Source: Tubiluchus corallicola (lineage: Eukaryota > Animalia > Priapulida). From it: a DNA stretch of 64,000 nucleotides. The stretch is taken from the NCBI GenBank assembly GCA_030141605.1, contig JAQGDQ010000110.1, positions 1 to 64,000 of the forward strand, in the 5' to 3' direction. Positions 41,396 to 53,838 of this stretch are shown here, piece after piece. Positions within the stretch are counted from its first letter, which is position 1; every line of letters starts with the position of its first letter. The position numbers were made by a program, and so were the translations under genes. A model generated the notes under the pieces. It was not told the DNA's origin. It made no database searches and saw only the letters and a program-made list of their open reading frames with translations.

Positions 41396-43684
41396 GTACG
41401 TATTCTGTTTCCTTCCATCTTTCTTCTCTTGTTTGTTTTTGCCGTTGTAATTTCTCTTGCCACACCCTTCCTACTCAGTACGTATTCTGTTTCCTTCCGT
41501 TTTTCTTCTCTTGTTTGTTTTTGCCGTTGTAATTTCTCTTGCCACACCCTTCCTACTCAGTACGTATTCTGTTTCCTTCCGTTTTTCTTCTCTTGTTTGT
41601 TTTTGCCGTTGTAATTTCTCTTGCCACACCCTTCCTACTCAGTACGTATTCTGTTTCCTTCCGTTTTTCTTCTCTTGTTTGTTTTTGCCGTTGTAATTTC
41701 TCTTGCCACACCCTTCCTACTCAGTACGTATTCTGTTTCCTTCCGTTTTTCTTCTCTTGTTTGTTTTTGCCGTTGTAATTTCTCTTGCCACACCCTTCCT
41801 ACTCAGTACGTATTCTGTTTCCTTCCGTTTTTCTTCTCTTGTTTGTTTTTGCCGTTGTAATTTCTCTTGCCACACCCTTCCTACTCAGTACGTATTCTGT
41901 TTCCTTCCATCTTTCTTCTCTTGTTTGTTTTTGCCGTTGTAATTTCTCTTGCCACACCCTTCCTACTCAGTACGTATTCTGTTTCCTTCCATCTTTCTTC
42001 TCTTGTTTGTTTTTGCCGTTGTAATTTCTCTTGCCACACCCTTCCTACTCAGTACGTATTCTGTTTCCTTCCATCTTTCTTCTCTTGTTTGTTTTTGCCG
42101 TTGTAATTTCTCTTGCCACACCCTTCCTACTCAGTACGTATTCTGTTTCCTTCCGTTTTTCTTCTCTTGTTTGTTTTTGCCGTTGTAATTTCTCTTGCCA
42201 CACCCTTCCTACTCAGTACGTATTCTGTTTCCTTCCATCTTTCTTCTCTTGTTTGTTTTTGCCGTTGTAATTTCTCTTGCCACACCCTTCCTACTCAGTA
42301 CGTATTCTGTTTCCTTCCATCTTTCTTCTCTTGTTTGTTTTTGCCGTTGTAATTTCTCTTGCCACACCCTTCCTACTCAGTACGTATTCTGTTTCCTTCC
42401 ATCTTTCTTCTCTTGTTTGTTTTTGCCGTTGTAATTTCTCTTGCCACACCCTTCCTACTCAGTACGTATTCTGTTTCCTTCCGTTTTTCTTCTCTTGTTT
42501 GTTTTTGCCGTTGTAATTTCTCTTGCCACACCCTTCCTACTCAGTACGTATTCTGTTTCCTTCCGTTTTTCTTCTCTTGTTTGTTTTTGCCGTTGTAATT
42601 TCTCTTGCCACACCCTTCCTACTCAGTACGTATTCTGTTTCCTTCCATCTTTCTTCTCTTGTTTGTTTTTGCCGTTGTAATTTCTCTTGCCACACCCTTC
42701 CTACTCAGTACGTATTCTGTTTCCTTCCGTTTTTCTTCTCTTGTTTGTTTTTGCCGTTGTAATTTCTCTTGCCACACCCTTCCTACTCAGTACGTATTCT
42801 GTTTCCTTCCGTTTTTCTTCTCTTGTTTGTTTTTGCCGTTGTAATTTCTCTTGCCACACCCTTCTTACTCAGTACGTATTCTGTTTCCTTCCGTTTTTCT
42901 TCTCTTGTTTGTTTTTGCCGTTGTAATTTCTCTTGCCACACCCTTCCTACTCAGTACGTATTCTGTTTCCTTCCATCTTTCTTCTCTTGTTTGTTTTTGC
43001 CGTTGTAATTTCTCTTGCCACACCCTTCCTACTCAGTACGTATTCTGTTTCCTTCCATCTTTCTTCTCTTGTTTGTTTTTGCCGTTGTAATTTCTCTTGC
43101 CACACCCTTCCTACTCAGTACGTATTCTGTTTCCTTCCATCTTTCTTCTCTTGTTTGTTTTTGCCGTTGTAATTTCTCTTGCCACACCCTTCCTACTCAG
43201 TACGTATTCTGTTTCCTTCCATCTTTCTTCTCTTGTTTGTTTTTGCCGTTGTAATTTCTCTTGCCACACCCTTCCTACTCAGTACGTATTCTGTTTCCTT
43301 CCGTTTTTCTTCTCTTGTTTGTTTTTGCCGTTGTAATTTCTCTTGCCACACCCTTCCTACTCAGTACGTATTCTGTTTCCTTCCATCTTTCTTCTCTTGT
43401 TTGTTTTTGCCGTTGTAATTTCTCTTGCCACACCCTTCCTACTCAGTACGTATTCTGTTTCCTTCCGTTTTTCTTCTCTTGTTTGTTTTTGCCGTTGTAA
43501 TTTCTCTTGCCACACCCTTCCTACTCAGTACGTATTCTGTTTCCTTCCGTTTTTCTTCTCTTGTTTGTTTTTGCCGTTGTAATTTCTCTTGCCACACCCT
43601 TCTTACTCAGTACGTATTCTGTTTCCTTCCGTTTTTCTTCTCTTGTTTGTTTTTGCCGTTGTAATTTCTCTTGCCACACCCTTC
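41389..43684. repeat. 82-bp minisatellite, 28 copies, starting at the exon d splice donor
   Basis: Exact 82-bp period (41389, 41471, ... 43603); few variant sites. Confidence 0.97.
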
Positions 43685-43943
43685 TTAAGTGATGTGCATT
43701 TGCTTAGACTCGTGAATAAAACAGCTCACAATTTTCTTAGTTGAACAGTATTATTTTTACTCAATGACAAGATGTTGTTTCAAGCTACAGGTGAATCTAA
43801 AAAAACACAAACTGGATAGCATGTATAACAGTTAAAAATCAGTTACAAAAAGCGGTCACGCAACCCAATATAGATATAGTCACAGTGTTGTTTAACTTTC
43901 AGCAAAAAATTTAACACACAAAAGGTTATAATAAGAATAAAAA

Positions 43944-43974
<31 letters not shown>

Positions 43975-44444
43975 AATGCCAAACTAATAGTAATGCTACT
44001 GCTTACAAAACCATGTGCAAATCTTGTTCAATCAACACAACCTTTCATGGAAACAAACTCATGGAATTACAGCATAATTCTTGAATCTTAGAAAAATGCA
44101 GTCAAAACACTTCAAAACACTTTAGTGCAAACACTACAGTCGACTAACTTATACATCCAAGCAGAGCTAGCTAACATAAAAACTAAACCTATGTGAGCAT
44201 ACCAAAAGCATGGTGTGTGAATAGTTCACACATGTTTTTCACAATTTACATGTGCAACTTGCAGAAGAGTTTCAGCAAACGGGGGTGGGTAGCATTAGGG
44301 CAAGATCAGCCAGCGGTAAAACTAAGTATACGTGTCATAGGTGCTTATTGGTTAGGAAAGCAGGTCTGATTAAAGATTTGTCGAATGTTGCTGCTGCTGC
44401 TGCTGCTGATACTGAAGCTTTTAGTACGGCTATTGTTGTTCTTA

Positions 44445-44871
44445 AGCCCATTTCACACTGAGGATGCATGGCAAAATTCTTCCAGGCAAAAATGTCTTGC
44501 GAGATTCCCCACAAAAATAGAATACAGTGCCTCATTTCACAGATTCCATAGGAGGGATTTCTTCATGATTAATTCTTCTGCTAGCTAGAGGGGCTGTGCA
44601 TTCTGCTCATGAGGAAATTGCCTCTTAGTAGAAATACTGCATATTCCGTTTTCGGGAGGATTCCTCACAGAATTAGTTCAACATAAAATTATGTGATTAT
44701 TCTGTTTTCTCGTGTAATCAATTTTTTGTTTTATTAGTGTGACAATTTTTTAGTAAAAAATGTGTAATTTCTGTTTGAAACGAAACGTGCTGCGTGGGTT
44801 TTTGGGAAAAATCCGAAATTTTCTGACAGCGATTCCAAGTGTCATTGCATCTTCACTGTGTGAAATGGGCC
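44445..44871. mobile_element. PIF/Harbinger-type MITE
   Basis: TIR (A/G)GCCCATTTCACAC / GTGTGAAATGGGCC; 3-bp TTA TSD. Confidence 0.8.
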
Positions 44872-44979
44872 TTACTACTACATGAACGTCGACTAGTACC
44901 GGTACTAATATCTCTATCACTTGTCAGTTATGAAATGTAAAAGCAAGGTATATCCTTACTTACTGTTTTCTGCAAACAG

Positions 44980-45112
44980 GCACATCTTGAGCGGCATTTC
45001 AAGTGTACTGGGTGGTTCAATAAATTCACTTGCACAATCGCTCGCAGACATTGAAGGTGGAAACGAATCTTCTGTCACTGACAACTCGACCGTTCAACCA
45101 AAGAGGCAACAG
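44980..45112 (+). CDS. PKD1L-like exon e (GC donor)
   Basis: (Q)HILSGISSVLGGSINSLAQSLADIEGGNESSVTDNSTVQPKRQQ; phase 2 to 0 using CAG|GCAAGT. Confidence 0.7.
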
Positions 45113-45676
45113 GCAAGTGTCTTACGCAACAAATGAAACGGATTTTCTCTAATAGAGTAAATGCTCACTTAACTATGCCAATGTGTTTCAGCAAAACGCG
45201 TCGTTATACGAGAAACAATGGCTTCCTTACAAAAAACAATGTAAAAGCAATCCATTGCATTCCCCGCGTAAAGATCAAAAATGCTAGAGCTGCAGGCCAA
45301 AAATTAATAATGCTTGACTCATAAATCAAACACTTTCGGACGTTTAGTTCTGATGATTTTTACCTAAAATCTGAAGAGAAGTAATTTACTGTGAATATTC
45401 ATGTTTTAAAAGTTTTGCGTACATTAGCACTGCTGAGAAATATTTCTAGTGTGGAAACCTCGTGTGAATACGAAGCCAGCAATAATTAACCCAGCTATGT
45501 AACACGATTGATTCTCATTAGAGCAATTCCATCTCTGTGTGGAAACCTATTAGTAATTAATTATTTTTAAAGATAGTTTAACTAGTAGTATCCTGTTTTT
45601 GTTTGCTGACGTGTTTTTGCAGCAGGGCAGCTTGAATTTAATTAATACTCGTTTTATCGTCGCCGGGTATTTTTAG

Positions 45677-45827
45677 ACTAAAGAAATCTCGCAGAAATCA
45701 CTCGACATTATCCAGACCGTATCGGAGACAATGAGCAAGTACAAAGTCCAGGGGGAGGAACCGACGACGTTCGTGACGGATCTGCTTACAGTTCAGGTAC
45801 AGCGTCAACAGGCAACTCATCTCAGAG
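45677..45827 (+). CDS. PKD1L-like exon f
   Basis: TKEISQKSLDIIQTVSETMSKYKVQGEEPTTFVTDLLTVQVQRQQATHLR; V.GEEP....T motif of polycystin-1 GAIN; phase 0 to 1. Confidence 0.82.
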
Positions 45828-46264
45828 GTAAGGATAATCGAGAGCCTGATAGTGTCGTAATGTGAAGTGTGATGATGTTAGCACGATTCCCACGGCCAGA
45901 AAAAATCCTGGAAAATACAGGCTATCCCGGAAAGTCATGGAAAAGTCAGGAAACAAGTAATTTGATACAAAGTCGGGGAAAATGATGAAAATGGGGAGAA
46001 AGGTCAGGGGAATTGGAAACGGTTGCAAAAATAATCACCGTGAACCCATATTTTCCAAACATATTTTTCAGAGATTCGTGTTCAAATGAAATTTTACTAT
46101 GACAGGCTCCCCCAGTTTCGACTTCTATTACAAATATAATGATTGGATTAAGAAAGTTTATTTAATGTGATTAGTGTAATTATATTAGCGCTGCTGCAAC
46201 TGTGCCGACACATTATATATCAGTATGTTTATTAGACTTGCGATTAACTGTTGATTTTTCGTAG

Positions 46265-46362
46265 GTTCTGATATAAAAATGGAGGGCGTCGGTCGCTTTA
46301 AATTGCCGTCGTCGTTGTCGCAAGTGAATGATACTGATGAAGAGAAAGTCTTTGACGTGCAG
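46265..46362 (+). CDS. PKD1L-like exon g
   Basis: (G)SDIKMEGVGRFKLPSSLSQVNDTDEEKVFDVQ; F.LP motif; phase 1 to 0. Confidence 0.8.
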
Positions 46363-46577
46363 GTGAATTTTAGCAAAGTTCTTCTAGATGAAAAGCTTTG
46401 AAAATTTGATAAAGAAGACGAAGCCAGTTAAAATCTTAACGAAATTTTACTTTTTGCCATTGTAAATTTGGTAACTTTTCTTTATGATTAATTTGTTACG
46501 TAATTATTTACCCGTTGAAATTTCAGGCTCAAGATTGATGAAAAATATAATAATTAGTAACTACAATCACTCTAGAG

Positions 46578-47075
46578 CAGTGGTTGCCAACCTTTTGTTG
46601 ATCCTTTCCCTCCATCATATCGCGACCCCACGAAGAACATAATCATTATTATTTATTATGCTGTTAAACATCTTTATCGCTCGCATTTATTAATTTTAAC
46701 TTACTAGTCAACAAACAACGAGTGATTGTTTCATCAATTCATTAATGTGAAGGTTGCACGTGTTTCTCAGCGACCAGTAATGCAACAGCAATAGGTATCC
46801 AAGGTAAAATGAATAACAACACGCTTTTGGGCGGTGTACATTGTACAGAACAACGCGCATTTTCATTTTTCCGGAAAATCAAGCACTGATACACCTCATT
46901 TAGAGCGGGAAAAACCCTGTTTCACTTTCCAGAAAAAAATGATCCAACGAGAGACTGAGGAAACAAGACCTACTTACATACTTTTTGCGAAAACGGCATT
47001 TTTAAAAAAATAGTTTTTGGACTATCCCGCGACTCCATTTAAACTGCTTTGGGGCCTCAAGGTTGAGAAGCCATG
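46578..47075. mobile_element. hAT-Charlie-like MITE
   Basis: CAGTGGTTGCCAACCTT...AAGGTTGAGAAGCCATG; TSD CTCTAGAG / CTCTAGTG. Confidence 0.7.
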
Positions 47076-47140
47076 CTCTAGTGTGTATAATGTTATATTG
47101 CAAATTCTTAACTTTAGACTGCCTTGGTCATTAGAGAATA

Positions 47141-47300
47141 TGGTGACCTAGTGGTAAAAGCATCTGCCTTGTAAGTAAAAGGTACCTAGTTCAAACCTGC
47201 TAATTGTCGGTTTGTGTCCTCATCAACATCGAGTCTTTAAAGTAGTAGTAGTAGTAGTTATTCGTTGTTCTCGGTAAAGACACTTTAGTATGAATAAAGA
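47141..47300 (+). mobile_element. Degenerate tRNA-derived SINE
   Basis: A-box-like TGACCTAGTGG and B-box-like GTTCAAACC. Confidence 0.4.
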
Positions 47301-47317
47301 TAGGAGTTTGCTTTCAG

Positions 47318-47474
47318 ATGTACTTTATGAAGGAAAACCCCTACTTGTGGGACAACTCGTCAAGTTTGATTAACACTCCCATAACGAGCATAGCAATTAG
47401 CGAACCAGAGAACCAATCAGTTTCTAATATTGAAGAGCTAAAAGAGCCACTGCAATATTTTATGGATATGGAAG
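47318..47474 (+). CDS. PKD1L-like exon h
   Basis: MYFMKENPYLWDNSSSLINTPITSIAISEPENQSVSNIEELKEPLQYFMDME; NPY.W and L.EP motifs of polycystin GAIN-B; phase 0 to 1. Confidence 0.82.
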
Positions 47475-47684
47475 GTAATTGACAATGGCTGTTTATTGCT
47501 GTGATTTTAGTGAAATGTTACTTGTTACTACTGTAGTATCAGTAACTAATAGTAATAAGAATGTTACTACTGTAGTTCGCTTTTTTAGTTCGATATGTCT
47601 AGAAGTAAGGTTTCTTTATAAAGAAATGTAGCCATTTCACAGTTTCGTTGTGTGCACGCACAGTTGTTGTAGGTCAAAGGTTAA

Positions 47685-48360
47685 AGCACAAGAAAACCCT
47701 TCATAAACATAAACATTCGTTTTGGAGTTTTATATCACTTACATACTGCCTTTTTGCATACAGGATTTCATTCGGCATTCACGCTGTATAAAACATGTAA
47801 ATTTAAACTCCCGCGATGGCCGTTAGATGCAGCCATTTTTACGACATGTCATTTGAAACAAGTTCAGATAACATGGTGTAAAGTTTGAAAAAATAATTAG
47901 AGCATTCGTAGCGCACAAGTCACTAACTAAATAAAATTTAAAATTACTGTATCTTGTAAATCAAATTAAAAATACGTTTTTTGGTTAGTGAGTGGTGCAC
48001 CCTGGAGGGTGAGTCAGCGACATTTTACCAATTGGTGAAAACATTTTAAATAATTAATAATTTTCTTTTCTAGTTACATAAATCTCTCCAGCAGGTAAGC
48101 AAAAATCTAGGTAATATAGATTTGCACGGAAAGTCTTTTGAGATATAATTTAACATTGCTTTCTCTTCCCTTGATTTACGTTTGGTGCATGACGTCATGT
48201 AATGGCGACTTCGGAACAATATTGCGGGAGATTTAAAATGAAAACAAACTAAAATTCCTTTCAGTGCAAGTACGATATGTGCATAAAATTACTATAAAGT
48301 AATATAATTTTTAAGGCGATTTTTCTGAAACCTACTTCAGGTGGCCCTTTTCTTGTCCTT
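47685..48360 (+). mobile_element. Kolobok-like family A, near-complete copy
   Basis: TTAA|AGCACAAGAAAA...TTTTCTTGTCCTT|TTAA. Confidence 0.7.
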
Positions 48361-48711
48361 TTAAGTTTATCATAGCAACACGTCTTAACTACAACCGTCA
48401 CATGACATGTGCGAAGCAAAGAATTGGTTCAGTAACTTCAGTTGTTTTACGTGGAATTTACTTAATGTGTAGAGTTATTTACTAGCAGTGCCCAAGTACT
48501 ACATTTCCTTTTTGGTGTGTATTCATCCGCCGAATAAATACGCTATTTACTGTAAATGGTAATTTTTTATGATTTATAATATTCTTTGAAAACCCACGAA
48601 ACAGCGAGTCCGCAATAAACGAACCACGAAGTAGCGAGGAACACTATAAACACAGATTATTGTAAATTGTGCCAATCGTTACCAAGAAGCAGAAATTTGT
48701 TCTATTTTTAG

Positions 48712-48860
48712 ATGCAGAAGTTCAACCCTCCAGTTCACATGTTACTATAACACCCGGCCAGCCTAGAAACATGGACATTTCTGTTCATAACTTTGTTGTA
48801 GAACCTTACAGTGACGTGGTCATATCATTCCTTGATTTACCTGCCAAAATATCTGTAAAG
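48712..48860 (+). CDS. PKD1L-like exon i
   Basis: (D)AEVQPSSSHVTITPGQPRNMDISVHNFVVEPYSDVVISFLDLPAKISVK; phase 1 to 0. Confidence 0.78.
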
Positions 48861-48899
48861 GTAAAGTGTATGAAGTAATTAATATTTACTAGTATTGTT

Positions 48900-50060
48900 A
48901 AAGGTATATAATTGATCCAAATTTTGATCATGTATTGAAAAATAACGGAACTGTAAGCAACAAACACTTACTGTATATTGTTAAACAGAAACTCGAAAAT
49001 ATATATCTCAAAAAATGGAAGGAAGAAGTTAAGAGAACTAATACTAATACTAATAACAACGATGGAAACAAATTAAGACCTACTGCAAAATTAAAGAATG
49101 CTAAGAATTTAGAAAATTATTTACAACTTAATAATGTAACTCGCAATGTTAAAATTGCTTTCACGAAACTACGTATTAGTTCTCACTCGCAATAGAAACC
49201 GGTAGACATCATAAACCTAACAAAATCCCAGCTAATGAAACATACTGTACACAATGTGACTCAAACAAACGAGAAATAGAAGACGGAACACTTATGTTGT
49301 CACACTGGAGTAGATATGAACGACTAACAAACACCTTTTATACAGAAATTACCGTATTTTCCCGTGTATAAGAGACCCTTTTTTGCTCAGAATTTTCACT
49401 TTAAAAATAGGGGGTCTCTTATACATGGGAGTAAGTCTTTTCAATAAGGTGCATAAATTGTGACACTAATGATTTTAAATAAGTGCTCTACAACTGTTTT
49501 GCGTGTCGCGTTCGACTATGAAGCGGTTGTAAGCAATACAAGCATCGTGACACAGGCATTATCTCCTCGTTTTCTCTTTTCCTGTTACAGGTTTGCAGGT
49601 ACGCACTTTAATATATACCAGTACTCTTTTTCTACAACACATTAACTGGTTTTATTTTGTTTTCAGTACCGCACTGAGTTGAAAAAAGTTGTACTCTACC
49701 CTCTAAAAATGTCCGTCTGAAAAAACTTTTTTCCAGAATTTTTGCCTAAAAATTGAAGGGGTCTCTTATACACAAGGGTCTCTTATACACGGGAAAATAC
49801 GGTAGCTCTATATACCCAAACTTTACTTACTTATTAGATGATGTCAAAGTAAAATGATTATTAGGCTAAAATGATTCACAAATTCTTCAAAGTGCTTCTA
49901 ATTTTGTTTTAAAATGTATCACTTCCCGAGTATAATTATTAAAAAATAGTAAATAAACGAACTATATATATAACTAACATCATTTATGTAAACTAAATAC
50001 TACATGTGTATGCAGCTATCTTGAATTTGTGTTTATGTACAAACCAGTTGGAAAATAAAC
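48900..50060 (+). mobile_element. Degenerate non-LTR retrotransposon 3' end (RTEX-like), split by a MITE
   Basis: GNKLR...LENYL...AFTKLRISSH(L)AIETGR..C..C..EIED motif with frameshifts; AATAAAC end. Confidence 0.7.
49352..49802. mobile_element. Tc1/mariner (pogo/Tc2-like) MITE nested in the LINE remnant
   Basis: TA|CCGTATTTTCCCGTGTATAAGAGACCC...GGGTCTCTTATACACGGGAAAATACGG|TA. Confidence 0.9.
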
Positions 50061-50153
50061 AAACTTTGATTTCAACTGATATGACCTATTCCACGATCCA
50101 GTTTTAAACATTCACAAACATTCACTTAAAAAAATTTTCCTCCCTACCTACAG

Positions 50154-50165
50154 ACATCTTTTGAG
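50154..50165 (+). CDS. Candidate 12-nt micro-exon (TSFE) of the PKD1L-like gene
   Basis: ttttcctccctacctacag|ACATCTTTTGAG|gtaaga; phase 0 to 0 in a phase-0 intron. Confidence 0.35.
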
Positions 50166-50257
50166 GTAAGACAGAAACAATGTTTATGTGGCCGGCCTTA
50201 GGAGCTGGAGAAGTAGAAACTACCTCAGGTGAAAAGCAGTTCACCCAGCTTTTATTC

Positions 50258-50475
50258 TAAAATTTCTGAATGAACTTGAACTCACAGATGGCGTCGGAGC
50301 TGTAGTCTCATCGGTTATATTATATATATATGTACAAATTTAAGATAGTTGCATACACATATAGTTTTTCGCTTGCATATATATATATGACCAGCGAAAA
50401 ATTATATATATATATATATATTATATATAACCGACTACAGCTCCGACGCCATCTGTGAGTTCAACTTCATTCAGA

Positions 50476-50481
<6 letters not shown>
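50258..50481. repeat. Local inverted repeat with ~60-bp arms
   Basis: AAATTTCTGAATGAACTTGAACTCACAGATGGCGTCGGAGCTGTAG and its reverse complement. Confidence 0.8.
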
Positions 50482-50512
<31 letters not shown>

Positions 50513-50932
50513 AGCAAAAAAAAATTATATGTGTATGCAACTATCTTAAATTTGTGTTTATGTACATTCATGCTGTACCCATTGGGTTTATACATCAAGG
50601 TTTGATGTCGTGTCTTTGGTTTAAATTGTTGAGTTTGACTTGTGTAACTGTGTTCTTGATAATGTGGTATAAGTTTTTTGTAGTGCTGTATATATGTGTA
50701 ATTGTATTTTTATAATCGCTGTGTGTACTGTGTTATTTGCAATTGTGATTACCCTATAAAATATAAAAAAAAATATATAAAAAATAATGTCGTATTAATT
50801 GTTTTATTACATCCAGCCTCATCTCAGTTATATTGACTCAAAAGGTAAGTTCAAAGGTAAGTCACTAATGACTTGATAACATGAAGCCAGTTCAATAAGA
50901 AAATTCCATCAGTGATTCTAAAGCCTTTATAG

Positions 50933-51875
50933 GTTGTTCTAAAGGAAGATGGCCGACCTCTTATCAAGGATTTTAAAGGAGGAAGCTCCGTGAAAGTAAA
51001 TCAAATTCCTCTTCGTCATGATGAGAGCGCACTACCCGCGAAACACAGCGACTACTTTTTAAGAGTTCACAATGAAAATAACAGCTCTAAAGAGTATTAT
51101 CTGGGGATCATATATGATTCTTATCAAACACCACGCTGTGACAATGCATTGCGCATGTGCAGAGGAAAAGTTGAGAAATGTATAGATACAGCAGTCAGCC
51201 AGTGCGAAGATGATTTGTGCGTACTTAATGTCAAGTCATGTAGTATAGACGGGTGCTTACGAATGCAAGGATGTTATGACCAGTGGTTAGAAACATGTAG
51301 GAACCTGTCTATAGAATGTGCCAAGGAGGAAAAGCTATGTCTCCTCACTGCAGAGCAAGTTTGTGTAGAAAATTACAATATTTGTGTTGCGCAGTGCGAT
51401 ACTGATTTAGATGCTATACTGTTATATGATTTATGTGAGTCGGAGTGTAAAAGTGAATGGATCAACTGCAGCGCTACCTGCAATTCAACATGTGAAACAA
51501 CTTCCAAGTGCATCAACAGTTTAGATTCGGACTGTGAGAATTCGTTACTTTGGGAATCCAGGCGGGAAAAATGCAAAGCCGTGTATCATGGTTGCCGGGG
51601 AAGTTCTACTCAACATTGTAATGTTGAACTGTTGGCGTGCAATAAATCCTGTTACGAATGTCGGCCATTTTGCAGCTTAAAGATGGTCGATATTTGCAGC
51701 AAAAACTGTGAGGAGCAGTACGCATCTTGTAACGTGCCTGTTCATGAATCATGCCGCGCTTTCGTTGAGTCGACGGAGCCCGATTGTGTTGAAGTATTGT
51801 GGCAAGATGAGTCCGACATATTTGCAAAAATGGGCAACTTGACTGCACAAGAAGCAAGTAACTTGACGTCAGCAG
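50933..51875 (+). CDS. PKD1L-like exon j: GAIN-B segment (..KEYYLGIIYD..) followed by a 33-Cys region
   Basis: 943-nt open exon; ctttatag| ... G|GTAAAA; phase 0 to 1. Confidence 0.85.
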
Positions 51876-52223
51876 GTAAAAATCAGTTCATTTGTTTTTA
51901 GTATATAATTAGCAATAAGTACTCAAATATTGTTTCCAAGTTTCGCATATTAGTTACATTTCTCCATTTATAATTATTGTATTAATGTGGATACTATAGG
52001 TATTAGATTTCTAATGCATTTAGAATATTTGCAAATGAACCTCAACATTGTAATTGTGAATGCATTTGAAAACAGTTTCTTATAAAAACACGTGGTCCTG
52101 AGACTGGCCAAAGTTAGGACAACAAATGGCCTCTCTCTCTGTCGACCTAATTTTAACAACTGATTTGTGATCCAAACTGGAGTCGCCATCTATGAACTGG
52201 TAGCATATTTATTTATTTTACAG

Positions 52224-52368
52224 ATGTCACATACAATATTGACATTTACACTGCAGATGAAATGTTTAGTAATACTCAAGCAGGTGTTTTTGTGCAGCTT
52301 CACGGAAGCCTTGGAAACTCTACAGAGCAAAAGTTGGACAGTACCATCAACTCTTTTGCACGATCACA
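52224..52368 (+). CDS. PKD1L-like exon k: PLAT/LH2 domain, N-terminal half
   Basis: (D)VTYNIDIYTADEMFSNTQAGVFVQLHGSLGNSTEQKLDSTINSFARS matches the PLAT pattern Y.I...T.....T.A.V...L.G..G.S...L....F.R; phase 1 to 2. Confidence 0.85.
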
Positions 52369-53216
52369 GTAAGATTTCAAGTTTCAATGATTCTGTGCTT
52401 TATTTAGAAGCGAAGTTCGTTGGTTATTAGAGCTAAATGCTTATAATATGTGTGCTTGTATAGCAAGATCGTCCATAAGTCGGCAATTAAGCTTTTCTCA
52501 TATCCTCATGAGGATCATTTTGATACCAAGCTCATCGCTCTATGTTATTTCTAATCTGAGATAATCCACGTTGAAGTTGAGGTGCAGGCTGCTCATTGAA
52601 AAACATAACCTTGAGAAAATCACTGTTAAAATTAGCCATTGTTTTTTGTCGCGTTTCTACATAACACTTAGCAACCGTACAAATATTGGTTTGTACGAAC
52701 TTTGCAACAATACATTGAAGTTATGTTTAAATCCAGTAGATGGCTCTTCCTGACGAAGATCTGGCCTTGGCAATACAAAAAACCTAAAGCAAAATTACTG
52801 CTTCTGCAAGCTACTATCACAGTTTGAAAATAGGAGTTTTTTGCAATTGCAGTACTAATTTCTAGCCAAAAAGTGGGTATGGGTTACAAAATAGTATTTT
52901 TTGAACATTTTCTGGATAATTTGATGCTAGAATGTGAAATTTTAATATATTTAGTGTTTCTTTTTATAAGAAAGAAAAAATTGACATCTGACCAAATTTT
53001 CGCTACTTTCTACTTTGAGGTATAATAACATACATGTAACTACGACGACATGTGGTCGGTTTTGGTTTGCAAGCACACAAATACCCTTTCTGGAACTTAC
53101 CTGTGCCTGTGTTTAGTAGTCTTAAGATTTATTAGCTAATTTTAGTAATTAAAATGTGTGAGACTTACAAGATTCGTCATACAGCAACATTTGATAGCGA
53201 ATCGTTGTTTTACATA

Positions 53217-53725
53217 CAGTCAACCTTGGATATCAAGGGACTCCTCCGGACCGGAAAAAACCGCCCCTTATAGCCGAAGTTGAGTCCGACCGAGGGTGTA
53301 TCTAAACCTGTACTTTTACCCATATTTCTATGGATTATTGCTAGACATTCAGTGCAAACGGTATGTAGGAAGCTCCTTCAGTGATGTGAGATGTATGTGA
53401 CTGCAGAAACCGATCGATCAATTTTGCTTTGATCTTAGGGTCCCTTATATGCGAGGCAATTTACCTGGGTTTCTATTACGCAGGACCTGAAGACATCGTC
53501 CCGTATAACCGAAAGTCCCTTATATCCGAGTACCTTATATACGAAGATTTTTACATAGGAAAAACGTTACGAAAAATCGGGACCGGTGTTGATGGTCCCA
53601 TGTGAGTGTCTCTTATAAGCGAGTACCTTATATACGAAGATTTTTACATGGAAAAACGTTACGAAAAATTGGGAACGGTGTTGATGGTCCCTTATAAGCG
53701 AATACCTTATACCCGAGGTTGACAG
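53217..53725. mobile_element. Tc1/mariner (Tigger-like) MITE with CCTTATAT subterminal repeats
   Basis: TA|CAGTCAACCT...AGGTTGACAG|TA. Confidence 0.8.
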
Positions 53726-53838
53726 TACGTGTTAAGTCACTAGTATCGTGTTTCGTTTTGTACGTGGTGGTTTTTGTGTTTTTGCTTTCTGCTGATTCAC
53801 CGAAAAATGTTACGATTCATTTTCGTTGAATCTCATAG

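Noticed and set aside
41389-43684. 82-bp array as a CRISPR array or as ~27 short protein genes
   Set aside because: No unique spacers, eukaryotic intron context; the ORFs are frame-rotating translations of the repeat
50817-50856. Additional small exon with tandem AAAG|GTAAGT donors
   Set aside because: The acceptor/donor combinations give 17, 28, 29 or 40 nt, none frame-preserving
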